Assembly: GCA_963772835.1 (NCBI GenBank)
Contig: CAVYYZ010000005.1
Span: 1 to 64,000, forward strand
Direction of reading: 5' to 3'
Length of the DNA stretch: 64,000 nucleotides
DNA from: an uncultured delta proteobacterium
GTDB taxonomy: Bacteria > Desulfobacterota > Desulfuromonadia > Geobacterales > Pseudopelobacteraceae
The number at the start of each line of letters is the position of its first letter. Within the stretch, counting starts at the first letter, position 1. The notes below the pieces were generated by a model. It did no database searches. It worked only from the letters and a program-made list of their open reading frames with translations, and was not told the origin of the DNA. Position numbers and translations under genes: made by a program. Below, piece by piece: positions 47,825 through 56,244 of this stretch.

Positions 47825-47966
47825 CAGTTATATATGACGGATTCCCGTGTCAACCGGTCGTATTTGACGGCTTAATTATTGACTGATTGTATATGCTTTT
47901 TTATTAACAACAAAAACGGATAGTTACATCATATCGACAGAGCATCTTTCTTGGCACGATAGATGA
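47825..47966 (+). promoter_or_regulatory. sigma54 promoter cassette for the fifth IBP gene
   Basis: CAGTTATATATGACGG 47825-47840; IHF-like site 47914-47926; TGGCAC-GATAG-ATGA at 47952-47966 (weak -12). Confidence 0.65.
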
Positions 47967-48161
47967 TGACTCCACTGGTACAAACAATAATGGTTTGCAC
48001 TAACGAAAAAAGGAGATTCGTCATGGATATATAATGTTGTCAGGCAGCAACCAATCGTAATGCCGTTATTGATTGATACAATGCCAGCCTGACCGTAGGA
48101 CAGGAAAAAGGGGAGATAGGATGTTCAGTGATTATTATCAAGATTAATGGAGGAATAAAAA

Positions 48162-49037
48162 ATGAAACAACAAATCAAGGTGGATATTTTTCGCAAACTC
48201 TCAGTAAAACTCGGTGCAATTGCATTGTCCTCACTGTTTCTTTCCGCAGCACCGTTCTACACGGGAATTGCTGAAGCTGCTCCGGCTTTGGGAACTTCCG
48301 CCTCCTACGCCGTACTAGGCGGAACAGCGGTAACTCTCACCGATGCGACCGTCACGGGAGATGTGGGCTCCGGCCTGCCGTTCAGCACCGTGACCGCTAC
48401 AACCAGTCCGGTCACCGGGACGATCCATCAGGCTGACCCAAGTGCTATTACTGCATATAGTGATTTTCTCACTGGCTACGATCTGTTCGCGCAGGAACCG
48501 TGCAACGTGACCCTGACCGGTGATCTTGCTAATCAGATACTAACACCGAATGTGTACTGTTTTGATGCGGCCGCTACATTGACGGGTCAGCTGACGCTTG
48601 ACGGCCCGGCAAACGGGGAGTGGATCTTCAAGGTCGGAACACTTGGAACCGGTGCCCTGACCGGCACAAATTTCTCGGTGGTCATGTCCGGTGGAGCAAA
48701 TCCGTGCAACGTATATTGGTGGTCTGCCGAGGCCGCAACAATGACAACTTCAAACTTCCAGGGAACACTTCTGTCGGGAGCAGGCAGCACATTTACCGGC
48801 GGCAGCCTGATGGGACGGGACCTGTCGAAAGCGGGCGCTACATTAACCGGCGCTGCCGTCTCTGCCTGCAATAGTACCGGACCGGTAATTCCGCCGGTAG
48901 ATCCCCCGAAGGACCACAATTGCGATAATAACCACAACCACAACTACGATCATAACAAAGACAAAGACAAAGACAAAGAACACGGCAATAGCTGTAACCT
49001 TGAGAAAGAGCATGACAAAGACAAAGATTCGAAATAA
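48162..49037 (+). CDS. secreted DUF3494 ice-binding-like protein with His/Asp/Lys tail
   Basis: Signal peptide ..IAEA; LGTSASYAVLGG, LTPNVYCF, LTLDGP..WIFKVG, NVYW, FQGTLLS and LMGR motifs. Confidence 0.9.
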   Translation: MKQQIKVDIFRKLSVKLGAIALSSLFLSAAPFYTGIAEAAPALGTSASYAVLGGTAVTLTDATVTGDVGSGLPFSTVTATTSPVTGTIHQADPSAITAYSDFLTGYDLFAQEPCNVTLTGDLANQILTPNVYCFDAAATLTGQLTLDGPANGEWIFKVGTLGTGALTGTNFSVVMSGGANPCNVYWWSAEAATMTTSNFQGTLLSGAGSTFTGGSLMGRDLSKAGATLTGAAVSACNSTGPVIPPVDPPKDHNCDNNHNHNYDHNKDKDKDKEHGNSCNLEKEHDKDKDSK

Positions 49038-49119
49038 TCAACGGCACGCAGCGTTTCTCTGGAACGAAGAGTAACTAATGATGCAGCCGATACATCGCAC
49101 TGATCAAAAAGTATACTAA

Positions 49120-49156
49120 AGAGGGGGTGCCGGGGAAAATCCCTGACACCCCCTCT
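49120..49156. terminator. bidirectional hairpin between convergent genes
   Basis: AGAGGGGGTG..CACCCCCTCT stem. Confidence 0.7.
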
Positions 49157-49191
49157 TCTTATATGCAGGAATTTGAGCCGTCTATCTTTCT

Positions 49192-49821
49192 TCAGAGCTT
49201 CGGGAAGCGTATGCGGCTGATCATCAATGAGCCGGAAACCGCAAACATCAGCACTAATGGATGGAGAGTAAACCCGGCAATCATGACATGACCGAACCAG
49301 AGAGACTCCTGCAGTGCACCCTGCGAGGCGGCAACAAACATAACCATAACAAGAAGCAGTGACGATGGGATGGGAGTTCCTTCGAAGTACTTGACCTTGC
49401 TCCCCCCTTCGGACAGGTCATCGGCCGTAACATTATAACGCGCCAGTCGGGATACGCCACAGGCGACAAAACAGGTCAGGATAATCCGGTCATACAAGCC
49501 CTGCATGCCGCATCCGTAGGCAATCACCGCCGGGGCCACTCCAAAAGAGATGACATCCGCAAGAGAGTCGAGCTCACGTCCCATTATAGAGTGTTTCTGC
49601 CGCCATCGGGCAATCCGTCCATCAAGCACATCGAATACTAACGCGGCAAGAATCAGCCCGCAGGCAAAGTAGACATGTCTGACGTCGTTTGTCTGCAGGT
49701 ACGTCAGCATGGAAAACAGTGCCCCCGTACCGCAGACTGCATTTGCCAGTGTAAACCAGTCGGCAAGCTGGAATTCCCGGATCATGGCGAAGGGTTTATG
49801 CTGATTTTTATCTGTTTTCAT
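49192..49821 (-). CDS. pssA: CDP-alcohol phosphatidyltransferase (phosphatidylserine synthase-like)
   Basis: DVLDGRIAR..GRELDSLADVISFGVAPA; RLARYN; FEGTPIP. Confidence 0.88.
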   Translation of the reverse strand: MKTDKNQHKPFAMIREFQLADWFTLANAVCGTGALFSMLTYLQTNDVRHVYFACGLILAALVFDVLDGRIARWRQKHSIMGRELDSLADVISFGVAPAVIAYGCGMQGLYDRIILTCFVACGVSRLARYNVTADDLSEGGSKVKYFEGTPIPSSLLLVMVMFVAASQGALQESLWFGHVMIAGFTLHPLVLMFAVSGSLMISRIRFPKL

Positions 49822-49992
49822 ATCGGTCAGCCTCTCCTTATTGTTCAAGATAGCGCAGCCTGCTCTTTCTCTGCTTTTCCACCGGCAATGTTCGCTAATG
49901 GTAGACTGTTTTCTTCCTTATGTCGATCAGTGGAAATCTCGAAGGCGATTGCAGCGGGAAAAGCCAGAGCACTGTAGTCAGACAAACACAAA

Positions 49993-50137
49993 GCAACGAG
50001 AGTGCCAGAGGAGACAGGCGGGGTATGAACATGCAACAATCTAATAGTACGCATGAAAATGGAACAACAGTTTCTGAGGAGAAAGGAAAACCGTCACGGC
50101 AACCCATCATATGTAACGGTTATGCCGCACGTGACGG
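49993..50137 (-). promoter_or_regulatory. sigma54 promoter cassette (divergent, left) for pssA
   Basis: TGGCAC-TCTCG-TTGC at 50007..49993; IHF-like site 50034-50046; shared palindromes 50104-50119 and 50122-50137. Confidence 0.85.
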
Positions 50138-50248
50138 GTATCAATAACACTGCACTCCGTAACATCTCACGTCGTGCTTCACTTTTACCTTTATTATCAA
50201 AGCATTGAAGCATCATTTGGCGACTGTTTTCTATGGCACGCTAGTTGC
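50104..50248 (+). promoter_or_regulatory. sigma54 promoter cassette (divergent, right) for csbD-spy-BON-yihY
   Basis: IHF TATCAAAGCATTG 50195-50207; TGGCAC-GCTAG-TTGC at 50234-50248. Confidence 0.9.
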
Positions 50249-50323
50249 CATATAGCATCTCAGCAGAGTACGGCACTTTGTGCTATCTGCACCAACCACG
50301 TTGTTATCCTAAAGGAGGATACC

Positions 50324-50503
50324 ATGAAATCAAGTATCAGAGACAAGGCAGAGGGAGCGTTTCACGAACTAAAGGGTACGGCCAAGGAGATCTCCGGAAT
50401 ACTGAATGAGGATCCGGAGTTGGAAGCTGAAGGTGCAGATGAAAAAATAGCCGGTAAAGTTCAGAAAAAGGTCGGCCAGATCAAGACGGTTCTGGGGAAG
50501 TAG
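50324..50503 (+). CDS. csbD: CsbD-family stress protein
   Basis: DKAEGAFHELKGTAKE..LEAEG..GKVQKKVG; SD AAGGAGG. Confidence 0.92.
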   Translation: MKSSIRDKAEGAFHELKGTAKEISGILNEDPELEAEGADEKIAGKVQKKVGQIKTVLGK

Positions 50504-50628
50504 CGGGAGGCATGTCTGTTTTCGGGCCCAGCTGCGGGCGTACGATTCACCTCAGCCGGGTTCCGAAGTTACGGGGGCCTGAGTTACAGAGCTCACTACA
50601 TCAGCAACTAAATAAAGGAGAACGTGAC

Positions 50629-51156
50629 ATGAAAACTTTACATTCCGCAACCATTACGGCGGCAGCGGTCGCTCTGCTGGCGCTCACTGCACCCGTTACC
50701 TCATTTTCACAGATGAAGGATACCTCCATGAAGGGGCATCAACAGAGAGCCGGCCAGATGGCCGAAACGGCCGAAATGGGCAATATGGGTATGATGGGCG
50801 ACATGATGGGCATGTGTATTGAACATGCTGACAAAATGGGACTGAGCGAAGAGCAGGTCGCAAAAATGAAGCCCGCACATCGCGAAATGCAGAAAAAACA
50901 GGCCCAATTCAAAGCAGACGTGAAGATTGCCGAGATCGATCTCATGGGAATCATGGAAGTGAAAGATTTTGATCTGGAAAAGGCAAACGCTTCGGTTAAG
51001 AAAATTGCCGATATAAAAACGGCCCATCATCTGGAAATGCTGAAGCAGATGAAAGAAATGCGGTCTATGCTGACGGATGAACAGTTTAAGAACATGAAAA
51101 AGATGATGACCATGAAGGGTGAGAAAAAACCGGCAATGAAGATGCTTAAAAAATAG
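50629..51156 (+). CDS. Spy/CpxP-like periplasmic Met-rich protein
   Basis: Signal peptide; LSEEQ and LTDEQ (LTXXQ) motifs; very Met-rich. Confidence 0.82.
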   Translation: MKTLHSATITAAAVALLALTAPVTSFSQMKDTSMKGHQQRAGQMAETAEMGNMGMMGDMMGMCIEHADKMGLSEEQVAKMKPAHREMQKKQAQFKADVKIAEIDLMGIMEVKDFDLEKANASVKKIADIKTAHHLEMLKQMKEMRSMLTDEQFKNMKKMMTMKGEKKPAMKMLKK

Positions 51157-51184
51157 ATTAGCATTGATAACGGGAGAGCATTTT

Positions 51185-51946
51185 ATGAAAGCACTATATT
51201 CCATATTCATACTGGCGGCAGCAGTTTCCCTGATGGGGATCAGCGTATCTGCTTTTGCTGCAACGAGCATGGACAGCCGCATCGAATCGTCCGCCAGGCA
51301 GTCGTATGTATTCAAAACCTACCTTCAGGGTGATGACATCAAAATCCAGTCCAAGAACGGCGCCGTTACCCTGACGGGGATAGTCTCCGAAAACTTTCAC
51401 AAGTCATTGGCACTGGAGACCGTAACAGGCCTCCCCGGCGTTAAGAGCGTGGACAACAGGCTCGAGGTCAAAGGGGCTCCCCCCACCGCGAACTCAAATG
51501 CGTGGCTTCGAGACAAAGTGATGGTCGCGCTCCTGTTTCATCGCAGCGTGAGCGCCGCTAAAACCGAGGTTGATGTCACAGATGGCATCGTAACCCTGAA
51601 AGGCGAAGCTGCCAGCCAGTCACAAAAGGAACTGACAACCGAGTACGCCAGGGATGTCGAAGGTATCAAAGACGTAAAAAATGAGATGACCGTGGCCCAA
51701 ACCTCGAAAAAGGGATCCCGAACAATAGGTCAAAAGGTCGATGACGCATCCATCACCGCCCAGGTCAACATGTCACTGTTGAACCATCGCTCCACGAGTG
51801 TCCTCAATACCACGGTCAAAACAAAACGCGGCGTGGTTACGGTGGGGGGCAAAGCTAAGAATACGGCTGAAAAGGACCTGGTAACCAAACTTGTCGCCGA
51901 TATCAACGGCGTAAAGAGAGTCAATAACCGGATGTCCATCCAGTAA
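51185..51946 (+). CDS. periplasmic triple-BON protein (OsmY-like)
   Basis: Three G.VTL.G...GVK.V.N units; DDASITAQV. Confidence 0.92.
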   Translation: MKALYSIFILAAAVSLMGISVSAFAATSMDSRIESSARQSYVFKTYLQGDDIKIQSKNGAVTLTGIVSENFHKSLALETVTGLPGVKSVDNRLEVKGAPPTANSNAWLRDKVMVALLFHRSVSAAKTEVDVTDGIVTLKGEAASQSQKELTTEYARDVEGIKDVKNEMTVAQTSKKGSRTIGQKVDDASITAQVNMSLLNHRSTSVLNTTVKTKRGVVTVGGKAKNTAEKDLVTKLVADINGVKRVNNRMSIQ

Positions 51947-51953
51947 CCAGCTT

Positions 51954-51993
51954 CGTTAAAACAGGGCGCACGACAATGCTCCCTGTTTTAACG
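51954..51993 (+). terminator. hairpin after the BON gene
   Basis: CGTTAAAACAGGG..CCCTGTTTTAACG. Confidence 0.6.
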
Positions 51994-52071
51994 AGCAGAA
52001 CAAATGTATTGCCTGTATTTTTGACTGACAGAACCGGATATCGATACAACGACGCATCAGCGGGCTCATTC

Positions 52072-52968
52072 ATGACGATCAAGAATCAGATCCAATTACC
52101 TCTAACAGTTCGCACCTTCGGCTTCCTACTCAGGGTGGCACGCGGGTTTTTGCGTAACCAGGGGTTTCTTTTATCAGGCGCGGTCGCCTACTACACGCTG
52201 TTGTCAATCGTCCCGTTGTCCATTATTGCTCTCATTGTGCTGACCCATCTAATAGAAGAGCAGCAGTTGATTCATACGCTGACTATATATCTGGAAATGG
52301 TCATCCCCGGTTATGCGGCTACATTAACCGAACAGGTGCTGGCATTCCTTGAACACCGAAAGACGGTCGGAATCATCGGCTTTCTTGGAATGCTGTTTTT
52401 CAGCTCCCTGGCATTTTCCATGCTTGAAAACGCCATGTCGGTGATCTTTTATCAGCATGTCAGAGTCCAACGTCGCAACTTCCTCCTTTCCGCAATTATT
52501 CCCTATCTGTACATCTTCGCCATGGGTACCGGCATTGTCTTTGTTTCTTTTATTGTCGGAGCAATCGAAACACTGGAAAGCAGTTACGTAACCGTTTTCG
52601 GTTCGAGTGTGAACCTTGGCGGAACAACAGGTGTGGCGCTCTACCTGTCAGGTATCGTTGGTGAAGTGCTGATGTTCTCCTCCATATATCTGGTGATGCC
52701 CACGGTACGGGTCAGGTTTCGTTACGCCCTCATCGGGGGACTGGTTGCGGCGGTATTATGGGAGATCACCCGCCGGGTACTGATCTGGTATTACGCCGCC
52801 ATATCAATGGTGAATGTCATTTACGGCTCCATCGCAATTACCGTGGTAGCACTTCTCAGTATTGAAGTTGTTACGATCATTCTGCTGCTTGGGGCCCAGG
52901 TTATTGCGGAGCTCGAGGGCACGCCGGACGGATCGTCAGATGATGCCGTTTCGGGGTTTTCAACATAA
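52072..52968 (+). CDS. YihY/BrkB family membrane protein
   Basis: AVAYYTLLSIVPL; ALIGGLVAAVLWE; IYGSI..ILLLGAQ. Confidence 0.9.
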   Translation: MTIKNQIQLPLTVRTFGFLLRVARGFLRNQGFLLSGAVAYYTLLSIVPLSIIALIVLTHLIEEQQLIHTLTIYLEMVIPGYAATLTEQVLAFLEHRKTVGIIGFLGMLFFSSLAFSMLENAMSVIFYQHVRVQRRNFLLSAIIPYLYIFAMGTGIVFVSFIVGAIETLESSYVTVFGSSVNLGGTTGVALYLSGIVGEVLMFSSIYLVMPTVRVRFRYALIGGLVAAVLWEITRRVLIWYYAAISMVNVIYGSIAITVVALLSIEVVTIILLLGAQVIAELEGTPDGSSDDAVSGFST

Positions 52969-53017
52969 TGGATGACTCAATGAATAAAACTTCAATACCT
53001 ATAAAAAGGACGACAGA

Positions 53018-53524
53018 ATGGACAGAGTAAAAATTGGCTGTAATTATGTGAACCGGCCGTTATGGAAAATTATCATCGGTGTACCGCTGGTATATCTCCC
53101 CATACTTGCAACCGTGCCGTTCGTGATTGCAGGAATTTTTCTTGTGAAGACCCACCTGAAATATGTCGGCGGCATGGATATCAAATCATATTGGGATTTT
53201 GTCCCCACCCGGATTTCCCATCGATATACGTACATCGATCAGCCCGTCATCAATATCCCTTGGTTTCATCCGGCACACTACAAAATATTCTGGATACTCA
53301 ACTGTACACATTATTGTCCGCTGAGTGTCGCTCTCTTCAAGTACGCAGCGTATCTTGTTATGATCGTGGAAAATTGGTGGTGTCCGTTCGCTCATGACAA
53401 AAAAAAGGAGTATTCGGCAGGTGCCATTGACAACTCTTTTTGGCATGTAGATCCGGCGGAATTGCTTAAACTGCATCCTGACGACAGAAAAAACCCGATC
53501 TGGAATGAGGACGCGGAAAGATGA
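53018..53524 (+). CDS. hypothetical membrane protein with clustered Cys/His/Trp
   Basis: SD AAGGA; one TM; NCTHYCPLS and ENWWCPFAH motifs. Confidence 0.75.
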   Translation: MDRVKIGCNYVNRPLWKIIIGVPLVYLPILATVPFVIAGIFLVKTHLKYVGGMDIKSYWDFVPTRISHRYTYIDQPVINIPWFHPAHYKIFWILNCTHYCPLSVALFKYAAYLVMIVENWWCPFAHDKKKEYSAGAIDNSFWHVDPAELLKLHPDDRKNPIWNEDAER

Positions 53525-53649
53525 ACACACACAGGCAAAAAGATATACCTGAGGCTGCCCTTACCGCGACCGATGCGGTAGTGCTGCATGCTCTTCGTCG
53601 ACGGGCCGGTTTGCCAATCCTCTGACGAGAACACCTGCACAGGGCAAAC

Positions 53650-53794
53650 CCGTCATATTTGACAGTAACGTCAGGAATGACGGGTCGAGGATGTGACATT
53701 GCCGTTACCCACCACGATCTATCCGGATTTAAACCAGCATAATCAGACTGTTACGGCTTCAGCAACAGTTCTTCATCTCTGGCACAGTAGTTGC
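53650..53794 (+). promoter_or_regulatory. sigma54 promoter cassette for csbD2, the micropeptides and the ABC exporter
   Basis: CCGTCATATTTGACAG 53650-53665 and second palindrome 53668-53683; IHF AATCAGACTGTTA 53741-53753; TGGCAC-AGTAG-TTGC at 53780-53794. Confidence 0.9.
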
Positions 53795-53871
53795 CTTATA
53801 CCCTGTGAGCAGATCATGAGTTATTTCGTGATTATTGCGACATTCAAGTAGTTATCCTAAAGGAGGATACC

Positions 53872-54051
53872 ATGAAATCAAGTGCCCGGGACAAAGCAGA
53901 AGGAACGCTTCATGAAGTAAAAGGAGCGGTCAAAGAGTTCGCAGGAAAACTGTGCGACAATCCAAAATTGAAAGCAGAAGGTGCCGCTGAAAAAGCATCC
54001 GGTAAGACCCAGGAAAAGCTCGGTCAAATTAAAAAAGTTTTTGGGAAATAA
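53872..54051 (+). CDS. csbD: CsbD-family stress protein, second copy (absent from the ORF track)
   Basis: MKSSARDKAEGTLHEVKGAVKEFAGKLCDNPKLKAEG...; translation-initiation region identical to the copy at 50324. Confidence 0.92.
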   Translation: MKSSARDKAEGTLHEVKGAVKEFAGKLCDNPKLKAEGAAEKASGKTQEKLGQIKKVFGK

Positions 54052-54136
54052 GCGCCCGTTTGCGCACCGGTATCTCGCAGTATCACGCATCTAAATTCAC
54101 GTGTGCCCGAACAATGGGCACTGTCAGGAGAGAACA

Positions 54137-54199
54137 ATGGAATTATTGATTGTAGTATTGGTAGTAGTCATTGTGCTGGTAGTTTTAAAAGTAATTTAG
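54137..54199 (+). CDS. 20-aa hydrophobic micropeptide
   Basis: SD AGGAG; MELLIVVLVVVIVLVVLKVI; two paralogs nearby. Confidence 0.7.
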   Translation: MELLIVVLVVVIVLVVLKVI

Positions 54200-54240
54200 A
54201 TGCATCGCAGGTTATTTCACGTAATCACAAGGAGGACACA

Positions 54241-54306
54241 ATGGGATTTCTAATCGCAGTATTGGTTGTAGTAATTTTAGTAATTGTAATCATGAGGTTA
54301 ACATAA
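54241..54306 (+). CDS. 21-aa hydrophobic micropeptide
   Basis: SD AAGGAGG; MGFLIAVLVVVILVIVIMRLT. Confidence 0.75.
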   Translation: MGFLIAVLVVVILVIVIMRLT

Positions 54307-54336
54307 GTTTTATGTGTGTTGCCGCATGCCACTCTC

Positions 54337-54369
54337 TTATTTGAGCGGGACTCTGTCCCGCTCAAATAA
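54337..54369 (+). terminator. perfect 15-bp hairpin between the micropeptides and the ABC genes
   Basis: TTATTTGAGCGGGAC-TCT-GTCCCGCTCAAATAA. Confidence 0.65.
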
Positions 54370-54404
54370 TTCGTTACTCTACGAGGATGACAGGACACTT
54401 TTTA

Positions 54405-55085
54405 ATGCACATCAGGATTCGTAATCTTACAAAAGTATACAATGAGCAAAGAGGTCTGCTCCCCATAAGCCTTGATGTGGAAAAAGGGGAACTGATTGCC
54501 GTCATCGGTCACAATGGGGCCGGGAAATCCACGTTGTTAAAAACATTGGCTGGCTGGCATCTTCCCGACAGCGGAGACGTTTCAATTGATGGTGTCACAT
54601 TGGAAAACAGATTGGCTCTTGTGAAAAAAATCGGTTTTGTCCCGGAGAATCCCAATCTTTTTGAGTCCTTCTCCGTGGACTACAATCTCGAACTGTTTGC
54701 CCGACTGTTTCAAGTCCCTTTTGTGCGGACAGAGGAGATTCTGGAGGAATTCAGCCTGGTACCATATCGTAAGACCAAGGTACAGGTTCTGTCAAAAGGG
54801 TTGCGGCAGAGGGTGAGCATTGGTCGAACCCTTCTGGCTGATCCGCCTTTACTTCTTTTTGATGAACCGACCTCGGGATTGGACTTTGAAATGACGAGTG
54901 AAATTTATCGAATGATCAAAGATTTTCATACATCAGGAAAAACAATTTTATTTACGTCCCATCGCCCTGAAGAGCTTAAAACCCTTGCCACACGCATTAT
55001 TATGCTGCACCGGGGAATTGTGGTTTTCGATGGTTCGCCCGAAAAATATTTCCAATCAGAAGTACATGAGAAACTCTACCAATGA
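54405..55085 (+). CDS. ABC exporter ATP-binding subunit
   Basis: GHNGAGKST, LSKGLRQR, LLLFDEPTSGLD and TSH motifs. Confidence 0.92.
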   Translation: MHIRIRNLTKVYNEQRGLLPISLDVEKGELIAVIGHNGAGKSTLLKTLAGWHLPDSGDVSIDGVTLENRLALVKKIGFVPENPNLFESFSVDYNLELFARLFQVPFVRTEEILEEFSLVPYRKTKVQVLSKGLRQRVSIGRTLLADPPLLLFDEPTSGLDFEMTSEIYRMIKDFHTSGKTILFTSHRPEELKTLATRIIMLHRGIVVFDGSPEKYFQSEVHEKLYQ

Positions 55086-56113
55086 TGATACGTAATATTA
55101 TTACATTAACGCTGAATGACCTGGCCATTGCATTCAAGAATAAGACTGTTTTTCTAATAGTATTCATTCCGCTTTTTGTTTTTTTCTCTTTGAAGTTAGT
55201 GGATATGTCCGCAACCGACGCTAAAAAAATCAATCTCGGCCTTATTCAAACAGAAAGTTATTCTCCTGCCATTGTGCAGACCATTACATCGGCCGATAAA
55301 ATTTTTTCCGTTGTTACGGTGCCTGATGAGGTGGAAGGAACCCGGTGGATAAAAGAGAAAAAGATCGACGGATTGCTCTTGCGCTCCGAAAAGGAACCAG
55401 AGAGCGTGGTGCTTGTCGTTTTGAAGAAAGAATCTCTCCAGGCCCTTTCAATAGTGGAGACCTTTTCAGCATTACAAAAAGCGGTCGAGGGGAAAAGCAG
55501 CAACTGGATTTCCGCCATCAAACCGCTTCAGGAAGGGGGGATTCAAAAACAAACGCTGCCCACCTGGATTCTCATGGTCGTGTTACTGGTCGGCTTCATT
55601 ATAACGCCTGCGCAAGTAGCCGAAGAAAAAGAAAAAAAACAACTTCTTGCTCTTTTGCAAACTCCCATGCGCGAAATAGAGTGGCTAATTGCCAAAGTGT
55701 TATCAGGTATGGTGTTAATAGTTGCCGCAGTCCTGCTCCTTCATCTTATCGGAAAATTTGAGCCGGGGCATGCACTGAGTTACGGTGTTTTTATCATAGC
55801 CGGCAGTTTCTGTTTCAGCTCGTACGGAATATTTCTGGGATTTTTATGCCGCAATCAGGCCAGCGCGAGAACATTGGGCGTTATATTCTATCTCCCCCAT
55901 CTGCTTCCTTCTGCGTTATCTGATTTTTCACAAAAACTGACTGCCGTTGCTCCTTTTCTCCCTTCCTACCAGTTATATGAACCGATTAAATCCATCCTTC
56001 TTGACGGAGGCAGAATATCGGGGCTGTCATTTGATTTGATATATTTGCTTATGGTCGGAACAGCAGCTTTTTACTTTTCGTATTTCCTGATGAAAAAACG
56101 ATGGCTGATGTGA
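55082..56113 (+). CDS. ABC-2 type exporter permease
   Basis: N-terminal TM, periplasmic loop, AEEKEKK..LLQTP motif, several C-terminal TMs; overlaps the ATPase stop. Confidence 0.88.
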   Translation: MMIRNIITLTLNDLAIAFKNKTVFLIVFIPLFVFFSLKLVDMSATDAKKINLGLIQTESYSPAIVQTITSADKIFSVVTVPDEVEGTRWIKEKKIDGLLLRSEKEPESVVLVVLKKESLQALSIVETFSALQKAVEGKSSNWISAIKPLQEGGIQKQTLPTWILMVVLLVGFIITPAQVAEEKEKKQLLALLQTPMREIEWLIAKVLSGMVLIVAAVLLLHLIGKFEPGHALSYGVFIIAGSFCFSSYGIFLGFLCRNQASARTLGVIFYLPHLLPSALSDFSQKLTAVAPFLPSYQLYEPIKSILLDGGRISGLSFDLIYLLMVGTAAFYFSYFLMKKRWLM

Positions 56114-56244
56114 ACCGGCACCGATGAAACGATGAGCTATCTGATGTCCAGCAAGGTGTCGATAGTCAGAGTGTTCGATGAGTAAGAAAATAATTACTGC
56201 AGTTGGTATGGAGCAGCAGGTATCGACCGCAAAAGGAGGTTGTC

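Noticed and set aside
53637..53700. GCACAGGGCAAACC resembles the 5' end of a c-di-GMP-I (Vc2) riboswitch
   Set aside because: There is no GNRA hairpin, GACGCAAAGC or P3 arm. The sequence continues as the enhancer palindromes and lies upstream of the promoter.
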